This document shows, one piece after another, positions 30,199-40,083 of a stretch of 64,000 bases of DNA. Under the pieces are notes generated by a model that did not search any database, had not been told where the DNA came from, and saw only the letters and a program-made list of their open reading frames with translations. Position 1 is the first letter of the stretch; each line of letters opens with the position of its first letter. The DNA is taken from the IMG/VR virus record IMGVR_UViG_2711768037_000005, positions 3,040 to 67,039 of that record. One strand, written 5' to 3'. A program made the translations under genes and the position numbers. The stretch is from a virus. Lineage: Duplodnaviria > Heunggongvirae > Uroviricota > Caudoviricetes.

Positions 30199-30731
30199 AC
30201 CGCTGACAGCATACACAATCAACTGCCGCTGATAGCATATCGAGAGTCTATCTCACCGCTCACAGCATACTTTACTCGATTTTTTACCGCTGACAGCATA
30301 CTTAAGACATTGCATGAATAATGTGTACCGGTATGGGTATAACCAGAACAAAATTACCGCTGGCAGCATACGAAGGTCTGACATATGCCATTAATTACCG
30401 CTGATAGCATATCCAAACAAAAATTCCTCAATAAAACACCGCTGACAGCATACGTTCTATCAGGGAGCAGCAGGCAATAAATGCCTTTCACTACAAGCAA
30501 TCAGCGCAATAGCAATAGAATGTTAGTGAGCGCAAACCTATATGGAATGCACTCTTCGAGGTTAGTAACCACTGGGGAGGTATGACAGAGCATTGAGTGG
30601 TGATAGATGATTTACCGCTCACAGCATACGTTCATCTCACTATACCGCTGGTAGCATATCTTTAACCGTTCACAGCATACATTTCAGAAAAATAGCCGCT
30701 GATAGCATACATTTCACCGCTGACAGCATAT
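30199..30731. repeat. downstream iteron array (12 copies of 16-bp ACCGCTGACAGCATAC-type repeat in two groups); incA-like copy-control locus
   Basis: copies counted by eye at about 30199, 30225, 30255, 30286, 30356, 30397, 30438, 30614, 30644, 30665, 30695, 30716; variants CTGATAGCATAT, CTCACAGCATAC; ~160-bp spacer between the groups. Confidence 0.85.
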
Positions 30732-31825
30732 CAAAGCAGTTTGAGACTATTGGAAAGGATCTCAATCATCTTGATATTTTCAGGCGTCAAATTCTGCGAA
30801 AGTTCAGTTATCTTGTTGATAATGTTCTGTTTAGCATCAATTTCCCCGGCTTTCTCATCTGGTTTTTTGGGTTCGATGTCTTCAGGTTTTGGCGGTGCGA
30901 CTTTAAGTTTTGGATTACGGCTGTGAATCTGGATATAGATCGACCGCCCTCGCTTAATCTCGCTGTATTCGAGATAGCCCAAATCTTGGAGAGCTTTTAA
31001 GCCGTTACGTATAGTCTGATTCTGCGAGCTTACATTCCTGCTACTCAAATTGAGTCGCGCACGCAATCGAGCAAGCGATACCGGCGCAGGCTTGGTTGGA
31101 AGACTTTCGATGAAGGTGTACAGAGCCTGTGCTGTTTCTTTGCGTGGTAGCTTATTGATAACCTTTAACTGCAAAAGAACCTTATGGTCAAAGCGATATA
31201 GTTCGGCCAGCTTCGGTTCTGCATAGAACACCACCGTATCTTTCTGCTCGTTGTAGTCCACGCTATTGATGAGGTGCACCATCAGAAGCGAGATCTTGTT
31301 AGAGCCGTCGACGTTCTTTTCTTCATACGTTCTCTGGAAAGACAGAGTTGTACGCATGATCTTCAAAAGACTGTTTGTAAGCCGGTCGCGGAGTGTTTTG
31401 CGGATCTGTGACGATGGATAGCCACAAAACTTCGCAAATTTCGTGATGCTTAACTCGACACGACCATTAGGTTCGCCGTATTCTGCCAGCGAACGCACAA
31501 CGCCCACCCACGTTTTGAAATCATGATCCATGTCCAGGCGAGGACCGGTTATCTTGATATCGGAATAGCCTTCAGAACGGGCTACTTCGAGCTGGACAAG
31601 CTCCTTTGAAGCATCGATCTCATTTGGCTTGTTACGTTTACTGTATTTTGTTCCCTTAAGCGTGGGGACGAACAACCCCAGTCGCATCAACGCAATTGGT
31701 TGGACTGTATTGTTGCTATTAGGGACAAGTTCCCCTGTGTACAATTCAAGGGAACCTTCTTCAAAGTTGTCGATGTTATCTTCTACTTCTTTGTTATTTT
31801 TACCTTTTTTATTTTTTGTGGACAT
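30731..31825 (-). CDS. repA: RepFIB/P1 RepA-family iteron-binding replication initiator
   Basis: blocks NSNNTVQPIALMRLGLFVP, ITGPRLDMDHDFKTWVGVV, AQALYTFIESLPTKPAPVSLARLRARLNLSS, GYLEYSEIKRGRS match RepFIB RepA as remembered; start placed at internal Met (MSTKNKKG) because the longer ORF to 31945 runs through the upstream iterons; RBS AAAGG 7 nt upstream. Confidence 0.85.
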   Translation of the reverse strand: MSTKNKKGKNNKEVEDNIDNFEEGSLELYTGELVPNSNNTVQPIALMRLGLFVPTLKGTKYSKRNKPNEIDASKELVQLEVARSEGYSDIKITGPRLDMDHDFKTWVGVVRSLAEYGEPNGRVELSITKFAKFCGYPSSQIRKTLRDRLTNSLLKIMRTTLSFQRTYEEKNVDGSNKISLLMVHLINSVDYNEQKDTVVFYAEPKLAELYRFDHKVLLQLKVINKLPRKETAQALYTFIESLPTKPAPVSLARLRARLNLSSRNVSSQNQTIRNGLKALQDLGYLEYSEIKRGRSIYIQIHSRNPKLKVAPPKPEDIEPKKPDEKAGEIDAKQNIINKITELSQNLTPENIKMIEILSNSLKLL

Positions 31826-31844
31826 GTGGACACCTTTGTCATTC

Positions 31845-31947
31845 AACCGCTGACAGCATACTTGATTTGCCGCTGACAGAATACCAAAAACAGTTGGCAG
31901 CATACGGTGAACCGCTGACAGACTATCAATTACCGCTGACAGCATAC
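31845..31947. repeat. upstream iteron array (4-5 copies of the same 16-bp repeat); origin-proximal (incC-like)
   Basis: copies at about 31845, 31869, 31911, 31931 plus one partial copy. Confidence 0.8.
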
Positions 31948-31987
31948 ATGAACATGGCTTCAGACCAGTCGTGGCGCGGCTTACAGC

Positions 31988-32060
31988 GATCGGGGATCTT
32001 ATTTGATCTATACAAGGATCTATCTATGGATCTCTTTATTAGGATCTATCCTGTGGATAT
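31988..32060. promoter_or_regulatory. origin-like segment: six GATC sites in ~60 bp with GGATCTAT-type repeats and a DnaA-box-like TGTGGATAT
   Basis: GATC at 31988, 31996, 32005, 32017, 32029, 32043; TGTGGATAT at 32052-32060; position relative to repA and iterons mirrors P1 oriR / RepFIB origins. Confidence 0.6.
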
Positions 32061-32146
32061 GTGAATAATTAAAACAGGCATTTACTACCTTCGGCGCACC
32101 TGGTGGGTTATCGTTGCCTCGGCTAACAATCACAGAAAAATGACAT

Positions 32147-32791
32147 ATGGATCTAAAACGCACGCGCTGGTTTCGTCGTCTTGAAGACGGCTCCTACACT
32201 ATCGAATCAAATTCCAACCTGAATAAGCAGAAATTGCTTTGTGACATCTGCGGTATAGCGGCGAAGTGCCCGATCTACGAAACCAGAATTAAACTTGATA
32301 AGGCTGGTGTGAATTTTCATTTAAACAGTTGCATCAGGTACGTTCCATTACTCGCATTTCGTAAACCGATCATCGGATTGGATGCTCCCTACTTCAACAC
32401 ACTCCGTTCAGGTGTGACGTGGCGAGATCGTTTATCACCAGACAAGCTGATTTGCCTCGTATCCGCAGACACAGGGAAAATCATCCGTTTTGGGAAAGTA
32501 GACAAGGTTTACTCAGGCCCAGTAGACGAAATGTTGCGGAAACACAGCCGGTTTAATCATCTCTGTATGGGTGGTGAGAAAATCGAGAAGGTAGAAGAAG
32601 TGATCCGCAAATCCTACGGACACTTTCTGACCAAAGATAGCCTGCTCACCGCAATCTACATCAGACATGTAAAACGTGAGTTCGACCTCGAATACCACAG
32701 CGAAGAAGAGCTTAACCTTGTTGACCCACGTCCAAAAGCTGGCGTCATAAGCATAAACGCAGCGCGTAAAAAGCCCACTGACGCGCTGTAA
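32147..32791 (+). CDS. hypothetical protein
   Basis: 214 aa ORF. Confidence 0.5.
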   Translation: MDLKRTRWFRRLEDGSYTIESNSNLNKQKLLCDICGIAAKCPIYETRIKLDKAGVNFHLNSCIRYVPLLAFRKPIIGLDAPYFNTLRSGVTWRDRLSPDKLICLVSADTGKIIRFGKVDKVYSGPVDEMLRKHSRFNHLCMGGEKIEKVEEVIRKSYGHFLTKDSLLTAIYIRHVKREFDLEYHSEEELNLVDPRPKAGVISINAARKKPTDAL

Positions 32792-33045
32792 CCCTCCAGA
32801 TCGTATATTGGCGTAGATAGAATCTACGCCCCCTCAAAATAGCTCTCATAGCGTTCTACAGTGATCCTGTCTTATTTTTAGTCATACAGACAAGCAAAGT
32901 TGCGCCACGATAAATAGGTATATACTTACTTATAAATTTTGTATATTAAGGCGCTCGTTTCATTCCTAACATACCGTTATGCATAGTTGTTTACCTCCTC
33001 ATTGCTCTTAGAATTTGTATCAAAATAAACACAAAGGAAAAATAC

Positions 33046-34131
33046 ATGACTTTGCCATACGGCGTCATTTCTGACTGCCACTACCACAAATGGGATGCGT
33101 TCTCCACGACGAACGCTGAGGGGCTTAACTCCAGACTTGAAATACAGTTGGAAGCAACGAAAGAAGCAGCCATCGCCATGAAGAAGGCCGGTTGTAAGTA
33201 CATGTTGGTTGCCGGTGATACATTTCACGTCCGAGGAACTGTGTCCCCTTCTGTTTTGCATTACGTAACTGAAACGTACAAGTGGATTATCAACGAGCTT
33301 GATCTGACAGTAGTAATGCTGGCCGGTAATCACGATCTTGAAACCAACGATTCAGTATATAGCGCCAACGCAGCAGCATCGCTGAGTTCTATCGGCGTGG
33401 TAATCGTATGTGGCAAGCGCCCACACTCAATAAAAATTGGTGATGTAACTGTCCACCTGATTAGCTGGCGTAACAATCATGCAGAGCTTATCAGCGATCT
33501 GAAAGCATTACGTAAGAGCGTAGAAGGTGATAATCATGACGTTGTTATCCATACATCCATTAACAAAGCCATTCCAACAATGCCTGACGTCGGTATCGAT
33601 GCGCAGGAGTTAAAGGATATCGGCTTTCGTCTCGTGCTTAGTGGGCATTACCACAACCACAAAGAGGTCATTCCTGGAGTTATCAGTGTCGGTGCACTGA
33701 CCCATCAAAATTGGGGAGATGTTGGATCTCTGGCTGGTTACATGATCGTAAACCCGGACGGCAGTTTCAGTCACTACGAAACCAGTGCGCCTAAATTCAT
33801 TAACCTAGAAGATTATGTTGCCGATGACCAAATTCGCGGCAACTACGTGCGTTTCCGCGCCGTAATTGAGAACGATGAAGAAGGCATTAAGTACCAGAAT
33901 ATCCTCAAAACAATGGGCGCAAAAGGTGTCGTGTGCAACTTCATCCGTAAGTCATCAATGATGGAAGGTACAGCAAGCACAACGGAAACCAGCAAAATCG
34001 ATAGCTTGGGAGAGTCGGTATCTGCTTATTGCAAGATTGTCCACGATACTGACGGCGGATTTGATCTGAGCAAGTTGGATATTTTGTGTCAGGAAATCCT
34101 CACCGAAGCGGAGAGTTCGGAGTCTGTGTGA
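33046..34131 (+). CDS. SbcD/Mre11-like DNA repair nuclease (calcineurin-like phosphoesterase; T4 gp47-like)
   Basis: 361 aa; metallophosphatase motifs ISDCHYH, LVAGDTFH, LAGNHD, SGHYHN. Confidence 0.75.
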   Translation: MTLPYGVISDCHYHKWDAFSTTNAEGLNSRLEIQLEATKEAAIAMKKAGCKYMLVAGDTFHVRGTVSPSVLHYVTETYKWIINELDLTVVMLAGNHDLETNDSVYSANAAASLSSIGVVIVCGKRPHSIKIGDVTVHLISWRNNHAELISDLKALRKSVEGDNHDVVIHTSINKAIPTMPDVGIDAQELKDIGFRLVLSGHYHNHKEVIPGVISVGALTHQNWGDVGSLAGYMIVNPDGSFSHYETSAPKFINLEDYVADDQIRGNYVRFRAVIENDEEGIKYQNILKTMGAKGVVCNFIRKSSMMEGTASTTETSKIDSLGESVSAYCKIVHDTDGGFDLSKLDILCQEILTEAESSESV

Positions 34132-34360
34132 GGCAAAGTCGTTATGGAAGCTTTCGAGACTTTGCCATCACGATGAAAAGACTTGAACGAGGCCAGACGG
34201 TGATGTTTCACAAGCCCTACCCGCCACAAGGAAATCCCGTAGCGTTTTATCTTGGAAGGTTAACCAGAAAAGGCGTATTGAGGCGCAGATCCTTCCCAGC
34301 GCATACGGAGTTCAGATTGAAAGAAGGCCAAAAACTAACACACGGTATCAGAGGTGTTAT

Positions 34361-36277
34361 ATGAAGTTTTTAAAACTCCAGGTTGAGAATTTTATGGCTA
34401 TCGCCAGCGCGGAGGTCGAGTTAGATCAGCGTGGTTTAGTGCTCATTCAGGGTGTTAATAGTGATGATAGTTCCGCATCAAGTAATGGCTCTGGGAAGTC
34501 AACTCTAATGAATAGCCTGATGTGGTGTCTTTATGGCGAAACAGCTCATGGTGTGAAGGGTGACGATGTGTTGTCTACCGACCATGAAAAGAACTGTCGT
34601 GTTGCAGTAACCATCGAGGATGAAGGCAAGAGATATGCGATCATTCGTCACCGTAAACACAAAGAGTTCAAAAATCGTCTTATCGTTCGTGGTGAAGATG
34701 GCGATATGACGAAAGGCAAAGATGCGCTGACGCAGGAGTTCGTCGAGCGTCTGATCGGTGCATCTAAAGAGGTTTTCATGGCTTCCATCTATGCGAGCCA
34801 AGAAGCTATGCCAGATCTACCTGGAATGTCCGACAAAAACCTCAAAACCATCGTAGAAGAAGCCGCTGGCGTTGACAGACTGACACGCGCCTACGCTATT
34901 GCTCGTGAGCGAGCTAATGCAGCTGCCGCACGTATGGATGTGGTTAAAACCAAATTGGAGTCGACAATCTCGACCATTGAGGCAACACAGTCAGAAATTG
35001 AGTCCGCGAAAGCCTCCTCTGAATCATGGGAACAAGAGCGTTCTAAACGTTATGACGATGCCTTGGCTGGGCTGGCAAGTGCCGAAGTTGAGTTAACGGA
35101 AGTTGAACTTGAGATCCGCACTCTTCCCGAACAGATCCGTGATACCGAGAAGGCAATCGAAAGTGAGCGCAAAAAGTTAGCCTCAAAAGAAGAACATGAC
35201 GCCAAGTTGCTCAAAGTGCGTGGTGCGATAACTGATATTCGGGCAAGCATCAAAGCTACAGAAAATAGTCAGGCTGATGCAATGAACCGCGCGCGTAATT
35301 TTAAGACCAAAGCAGAAGAGGTTGGTACTAAAGTGGGATCACCATGCCCTACTTGTGGCAAAGCCTACTGCGAAGAAGATCTATCAACGGTGAAGGAGAA
35401 TTTCATTGAACAAGCACGTCAGGAAATTGGTCAGGCGAAGACACTTGCAGAGGCAATGGCTAAACACAAAACGAATCTTGAGAAAGCGTTAAGCATTGAG
35501 TCTGCCCTTGTTAAAACGACACCTGATGTAACGGCTATCATTGCCCGGATTGAAGAGCTTACGAAACAACTCTCATCTTTGCGTCATCGTGAGAAGGAGG
35601 TTGTTGCTATTGAGTCTCTTGTGACTCGTGCTCGTACTGAGGTCGATCGTATATCAAAAGAGATTAATCCGTTTATTGCTCTTATCGCCAGACACGAAGA
35701 TAACTTGGTATCCAGTAAGTCTACCTTCAAGTCCTTAAAAGATGAGTTGAAGGCTATTCAGGAACAAACGTTGCTATTGGAAAAAGCTCGTCAGGTCTAC
35801 TCTCCTGCCGGGGTGCGTTCTCATATTTTGACGTCTGTTACGCCTTTCCTGAATACACGCACTGCCGAGTATCTCAATACGTTGTCTGACGGGAATATTA
35901 CTGCTGAGTGGTCGACGATGGATGTCACTAAAAAAGGTGAGTATCGCGACAAATTCAACATTAGTGTGCAGAAGAAAGGTTCAAGTAAGTCGTTCCAGAC
36001 CCTCTCTGGTGGTGAGAAGCGGAAGGTTCGCATTGCGTGTTCTTTGGCATTGCAGGATCTGGTTAGTAACCGGGCGAGTAAAAACATCGATTTGTTTATC
36101 GGCGACGAAATTGACGATGCACTCGATACAGCCGGTCTTGAACGCCTCATGGGTATTCTGGAGTCCAAAGCTCGCGAGCGAGGTACTGTGCTGATTATCT
36201 CCCATAAAGAGATGAAGTCATGGTTCCGGGAAACTATTACGCTGGAAGTTAAAGAGGGGCGCAGCTATGTCGTTTAA
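34361..36277 (+). CDS. SbcC/Rad50-like ATPase (T4 gp46-like)
   Basis: 638 aa; Walker A NGSGKSTLMNSL; central coiled coil with zinc-hook-like CPTCGKAYC; ABC signature LSGGEKRKVRIA; Walker B DLFIGDEIDDALD. Confidence 0.8.
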   Translation: MKFLKLQVENFMAIASAEVELDQRGLVLIQGVNSDDSSASSNGSGKSTLMNSLMWCLYGETAHGVKGDDVLSTDHEKNCRVAVTIEDEGKRYAIIRHRKHKEFKNRLIVRGEDGDMTKGKDALTQEFVERLIGASKEVFMASIYASQEAMPDLPGMSDKNLKTIVEEAAGVDRLTRAYAIARERANAAAARMDVVKTKLESTISTIEATQSEIESAKASSESWEQERSKRYDDALAGLASAEVELTEVELEIRTLPEQIRDTEKAIESERKKLASKEEHDAKLLKVRGAITDIRASIKATENSQADAMNRARNFKTKAEEVGTKVGSPCPTCGKAYCEEDLSTVKENFIEQARQEIGQAKTLAEAMAKHKTNLEKALSIESALVKTTPDVTAIIARIEELTKQLSSLRHREKEVVAIESLVTRARTEVDRISKEINPFIALIARHEDNLVSSKSTFKSLKDELKAIQEQTLLLEKARQVYSPAGVRSHILTSVTPFLNTRTAEYLNTLSDGNITAEWSTMDVTKKGEYRDKFNISVQKKGSSKSFQTLSGGEKRKVRIACSLALQDLVSNRASKNIDLFIGDEIDDALDTAGLERLMGILESKARERGTVLIISHKEMKSWFRETITLEVKEGRSYVV

Positions 36278-37010
36278 ATTAAGCCGCTCGCAGTTTTTGC
36301 AGGTATTTGCAGTGATGCAGTCGATAAAACTGATCAATGGGCATACTTCCAATGGTGCGGCTCCACGTATTCTGTGGGGCAGCAACAATATTGACGGAGT
36401 ACAATTCGCCGCGTTGCTTGGTCTAATATCCGAGACACCATTGATGCAAAGTTTGAAATCACTACCACCTGGATGTATTGCGCCGATCCTGATTAATCCT
36501 TTTGTTGAGGGGGGATATCTTCCCAACGTCGGGCCTGGGTTTATTGCATCCCATGAAACTGAAGATCTTAACATTAATAGCGAAGGGTTCTTTGGGGGAA
36601 TGGGTGCGCATCACTGTATGGCTTTCACGAACCTTATTCGACTTGCCAATAAGCGGGTGGATAGTTTGGCATCGCCAGGTGATGCTTTTACTGGTTTCCT
36701 TATCCAAAGGAGGGATAAAAAGTACAGTGCGGACAAACTACAGTTTGTTGGTAAGTATGGAGAAATGGTAGAAATCGAACTTCAGCTCCCTCATGTTTTA
36801 GCAAACGATAGTGCAGACAGTCGGAGGCTGTTGGGCATCATGCGTCATTTCATAGCAAGTGGCGTTAAACATGCCGTAGATAAACGTGTCACGCAGGAAA
36901 ATGAGTATTCAGACTTTGCAAACTATCCCCAACCAACGTTGCAAACGGCAATAGTAACCAATTCGTTGGAGGCGAGATTATTGGAAAACCCTATATGGGG
37001 AACATGGTAA
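36267..37010 (+). CDS. hypothetical protein
   Basis: 247 aa ORF overlapping sbcC stop. Confidence 0.5.
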   Translation: MSFKLSRSQFLQVFAVMQSIKLINGHTSNGAAPRILWGSNNIDGVQFAALLGLISETPLMQSLKSLPPGCIAPILINPFVEGGYLPNVGPGFIASHETEDLNINSEGFFGGMGAHHCMAFTNLIRLANKRVDSLASPGDAFTGFLIQRRDKKYSADKLQFVGKYGEMVEIELQLPHVLANDSADSRRLLGIMRHFIASGVKHAVDKRVTQENEYSDFANYPQPTLQTAIVTNSLEARLLENPIWGTW

Positions 37011-37019
37011 GGAGACTAT

Positions 37020-37589
37020 ATGAGTAAAAAAATCAGCGTAGTTGGTGTTGATCCCTCAATGAGTAACTTTGGGCTTGCTGTGGGCACTTTAGACCTTGAA
37101 ACGGACGAACTTGAGATTCACGGCCTTACTCTTGTTGAGACTAAAGCGGGGAGTAACAAAAAGACAGTTCGTGTGAATAGCGACGATCTGCGCCGTGCCA
37201 GTGAAATATGGCGTGTTGCGAAGCCAATCATTGATAAGGCAAATATGGTTTTTTGTGAGCTACCGGTTGGGAGCCAAAACTCTCGTTCGCAGACGTCTTA
37301 CGGTATTTGTATCGGTGTACTTGCGTGTGTGGATAAGCCATTGATCCAGGTCACTCCAAACGAAATCAAGCATTTTGTTGGCAATAAACTTACTACATCG
37401 AAAGAAGAGATTATCCAGTGGGCTACGAAAAAACACCCTAAAGCACCGTGGCTGCGTCGTAAGCAATCGGGACAGGATGTTCTCGTGAACAAAAACGAAC
37501 ATTTGGCTGATGCGGTGGCTGCCATCCATACCGGTATGCAAACGGATCAGTTCCGCCAGGTGCGCGATGTTCTTAAGTCTCTCATTTGA
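37020..37589 (+). CDS. RuvC-like Holliday junction resolvase (RNase H-fold)
   Basis: 189 aa; N-terminal VVGVDPS, later CELPV and HLADAVAAIH consistent with RuvC-family acidic catalytic residues; sits next to recombination genes. Confidence 0.5.
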   Translation: MSKKISVVGVDPSMSNFGLAVGTLDLETDELEIHGLTLVETKAGSNKKTVRVNSDDLRRASEIWRVAKPIIDKANMVFCELPVGSQNSRSQTSYGICIGVLACVDKPLIQVTPNEIKHFVGNKLTTSKEEIIQWATKKHPKAPWLRRKQSGQDVLVNKNEHLADAVAAIHTGMQTDQFRQVRDVLKSLI

Positions 37590-37624
37590 TTTCATTGATA
37601 GGTAAGTGCTTATCTATTAACATG

Positions 37625-37655
37625 GGCCACTATATTTAGTGGCCCTCTTTATTTG
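37625..37655 (+). terminator. rho-independent terminator
   Basis: GGGCCACTA-TATT-TAGTGGCCC followed by TCTTTATTT. Confidence 0.6.
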
Positions 37656-37662
37656 GTGATAC

Positions 37663-39978
37663 ATGATAAGCATCGTAAAACGTAACGGCCAAACAGAGCC
37701 GTTATCCGAAGAAAAATACAACCGCGTCGTAATGTATGGCGTAGAAGGCATTCGTGGCGTAAGCGCATCCGCTGTAGCAATGGGAGCTGCGACCAGCATT
37801 TTTGATGGGATGACCACCAGCCAGTTGCATGAGGCTTTGGTTAAATCTGCCGCTGATTTGATCTCACCAGAAGCACCAAATTACTCACAGGTGGCTGCCT
37901 GCCTGAACATTTTTAAAATCCGCAAAGATGCCTTCGGTCGTTACGACTATCCGAACTTCTACCAACACATTGTCAAGAACGTTAACAAGGGCGTTTATGA
38001 CAAGGATTTGCTGACACATTATTCGTTTGAAGAGATCGAAGAACTCGGCAATTACATTAAGCCGAAACGTGACGATCTTTTTGGCTATGCAGCTACGGTG
38101 CAGTTGCAAAGCAAATACCTCGTTCAAAACCGTGTTACAGGTGAGATTCATGAGGGGCCGCAACATATCTATATGCTGGTAGGCATGTGTCTGTTCCAGA
38201 ATTGGGAAGACGACTGCGCTGGCAAAACACGTATGGAGATGGTCAAAGGTTTCTATGACGTTACAAGTACGTTCAAACTGTCTCTGCCTACACCAATCAT
38301 GGCCGGCGTCCGTACTCCAACCCGTCAGTTCTCCAGTTGTGTGCTGATTGAGTCTGGCGATAGTCTGAAAGGGATTAGTGCAGCTTCAGCCGCAATTATC
38401 GACTACGTTTCACGTCGTGCTGGAATTGGTATTGGTTTTGGCCGTATCCGTGCGCTGGGCAGCGAGATCCGCAATGGTGAAGCCACCCATACCGGAGTTA
38501 TTCCATTCCTGAAGCATTTCCAGACGGCTGTTAAATCTTGTTCGCAAGGTGGTGTTCGTGGTGGCGCAGCAACAGCGTTTTACCCGATCTGGCATCTTGA
38601 AGTTGAAAGTCTGCTGGTGGTGAAAAATAACCGTGGTATTGATGAAAACCGCGTTCGCCATCTTGATTACGGCGTCATGAGTAACCGTCTAATGTACCGT
38701 CGACTCGTCAGAAGCGAGAACATCACTCTGTTCAGCCCGCATGATGTGCCTGATATGTACGAAGCCTTCTTCACAGACCAGGATCTGTTTGAAAAGCTGT
38801 ACCATAAATACGAAGCCGATGATTCAATTCGCAAGAAGTCAGTACCTGCCATTGAGCTGTTCTCATCTCTGATGCAGGAACGAGCGTCCACGGGCCGAAT
38901 TTATATTGCGAACGTCGATCATATTAATGAGCATGGCGCTTTCATTCCTGCTCTTGCACCTGTCCGCCAGTCAAACCTGTGCATGGAGATCACTCTACCC
39001 ACTCGTCCACTGGCATTTACCGACGACCCGAACGGTGAGATCGCGCTATGCACTTTATCCGCTTTTAACCTCGGAGCCATCCGTTCACTGGAGTCTCTTA
39101 AAGAGGTGGCGTTCTATGCCGTTGCTGCACTGGATTCGTTACTGGATTATCAAGACTATCCGATGGAGGCAGCCGAAGTGCCTGCCAAAGCTCGTCGTAG
39201 CTTGGGAATTGGTGTAACCAACTTTGCTTATTACCTGGCAAAGAATGGCGTTCGTTATTCTGATACCGCTGGCAATAAACTGGTGCATGAAACGTTCGAA
39301 GCTATCCAGTATTACCTTCTTGACGCCAGCTGCCGACTTGCCGAAGCAAAAGGTGAGTGTGACTGGTTTGAGCAGACCAAGTACGCAATTGGTCAGTTGC
39401 CGATCGACCATTACCGTTCTTCATTAGACGAAAGTGGCGAAACCAACTTTGAGTTAAAGATGCCGTGGGAAGAACTGCGTGAACGTATTGCAAAATACGG
39501 CCTTCGCAACTCCACACTGACGGCACAAATGCCATGCGAGACTTCCAGCCAGATCACTAATTCCACCAACGGCATCGAACCGCCTCGTGGCCCGGTGTCA
39601 GTGAAATCTTCTAAGGACGGCATCGTCAAGATGGTCGTGCCTGAGTTTGAAAAACTGAAGGAACAGTATGAATACCTGTGGGATATGCCGGACAACCGCG
39701 GCTATCTGACAAAGGTGGCGATCATCCAGAAGTTCTTTGACCAGGCTATTTCAGCCAATACCAACTATGACCCTTCTCGCTTTGAAGGCGATAAAGTCCC
39801 AATGATGACGCTACTGTCAGATTTGCTTCTCGCCTACAAGATGGGAGTTAAAACGCTTTACTACCACAACACCAGAGATGGGGCAGGAAAGCGTGATGAC
39901 GACGAACCGCAGAATCCACTGACGCAAGCTGTAGCCGTCGAGCCAGAAGATGAGTGCGACGGGGCCTGCAAAATCTGA
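37663..39978 (+). CDS. nrdA: ribonucleoside-diphosphate reductase alpha subunit (class Ia)
   Basis: 771 aa; N-terminal ATP-cone; long collinear blocks match remembered E. coli NrdA (ISLPTPIMAGVRTPTRQFSSCVLIE, GGVRGGAATAFYPIWHLEVESLLV, C-terminal CDGACKI). Confidence 0.95.
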   Translation: MISIVKRNGQTEPLSEEKYNRVVMYGVEGIRGVSASAVAMGAATSIFDGMTTSQLHEALVKSAADLISPEAPNYSQVAACLNIFKIRKDAFGRYDYPNFYQHIVKNVNKGVYDKDLLTHYSFEEIEELGNYIKPKRDDLFGYAATVQLQSKYLVQNRVTGEIHEGPQHIYMLVGMCLFQNWEDDCAGKTRMEMVKGFYDVTSTFKLSLPTPIMAGVRTPTRQFSSCVLIESGDSLKGISAASAAIIDYVSRRAGIGIGFGRIRALGSEIRNGEATHTGVIPFLKHFQTAVKSCSQGGVRGGAATAFYPIWHLEVESLLVVKNNRGIDENRVRHLDYGVMSNRLMYRRLVRSENITLFSPHDVPDMYEAFFTDQDLFEKLYHKYEADDSIRKKSVPAIELFSSLMQERASTGRIYIANVDHINEHGAFIPALAPVRQSNLCMEITLPTRPLAFTDDPNGEIALCTLSAFNLGAIRSLESLKEVAFYAVAALDSLLDYQDYPMEAAEVPAKARRSLGIGVTNFAYYLAKNGVRYSDTAGNKLVHETFEAIQYYLLDASCRLAEAKGECDWFEQTKYAIGQLPIDHYRSSLDESGETNFELKMPWEELRERIAKYGLRNSTLTAQMPCETSSQITNSTNGIEPPRGPVSVKSSKDGIVKMVVPEFEKLKEQYEYLWDMPDNRGYLTKVAIIQKFFDQAISANTNYDPSRFEGDKVPMMTLLSDLLLAYKMGVKTLYYHNTRDGAGKRDDDEPQNPLTQAVAVEPEDECDGACKI

Positions 39979-40083
39979 CATATGGTGGGGTATAACCCCA
40001 CCTTCTCTTTGATTTGTAAGCCTTGTTTAAACAAATAAGATAACAACTTGTTTAAACACATCAAAAAGCAAAAGGAAAAACAC

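Noticed and set aside
30199-31947. Tandem 16-bp repeats that could be mistaken for a CRISPR array
   Set aside because: Repeats are short (16 bp), irregularly spaced with variable short spacers, occur on both sides of a RepFIB-type repA with a GATC/DnaA-box segment, and no cas genes are present; they are plasmid iterons.
34086-34364. 92-aa + strand ORF overlapping the sbcD 3' end
   Set aside because: Not listed as a feature because it substantially overlaps sbcD in another frame and has an Arg-rich translation typical of off-frame reading; cannot be excluded as a real small gene.
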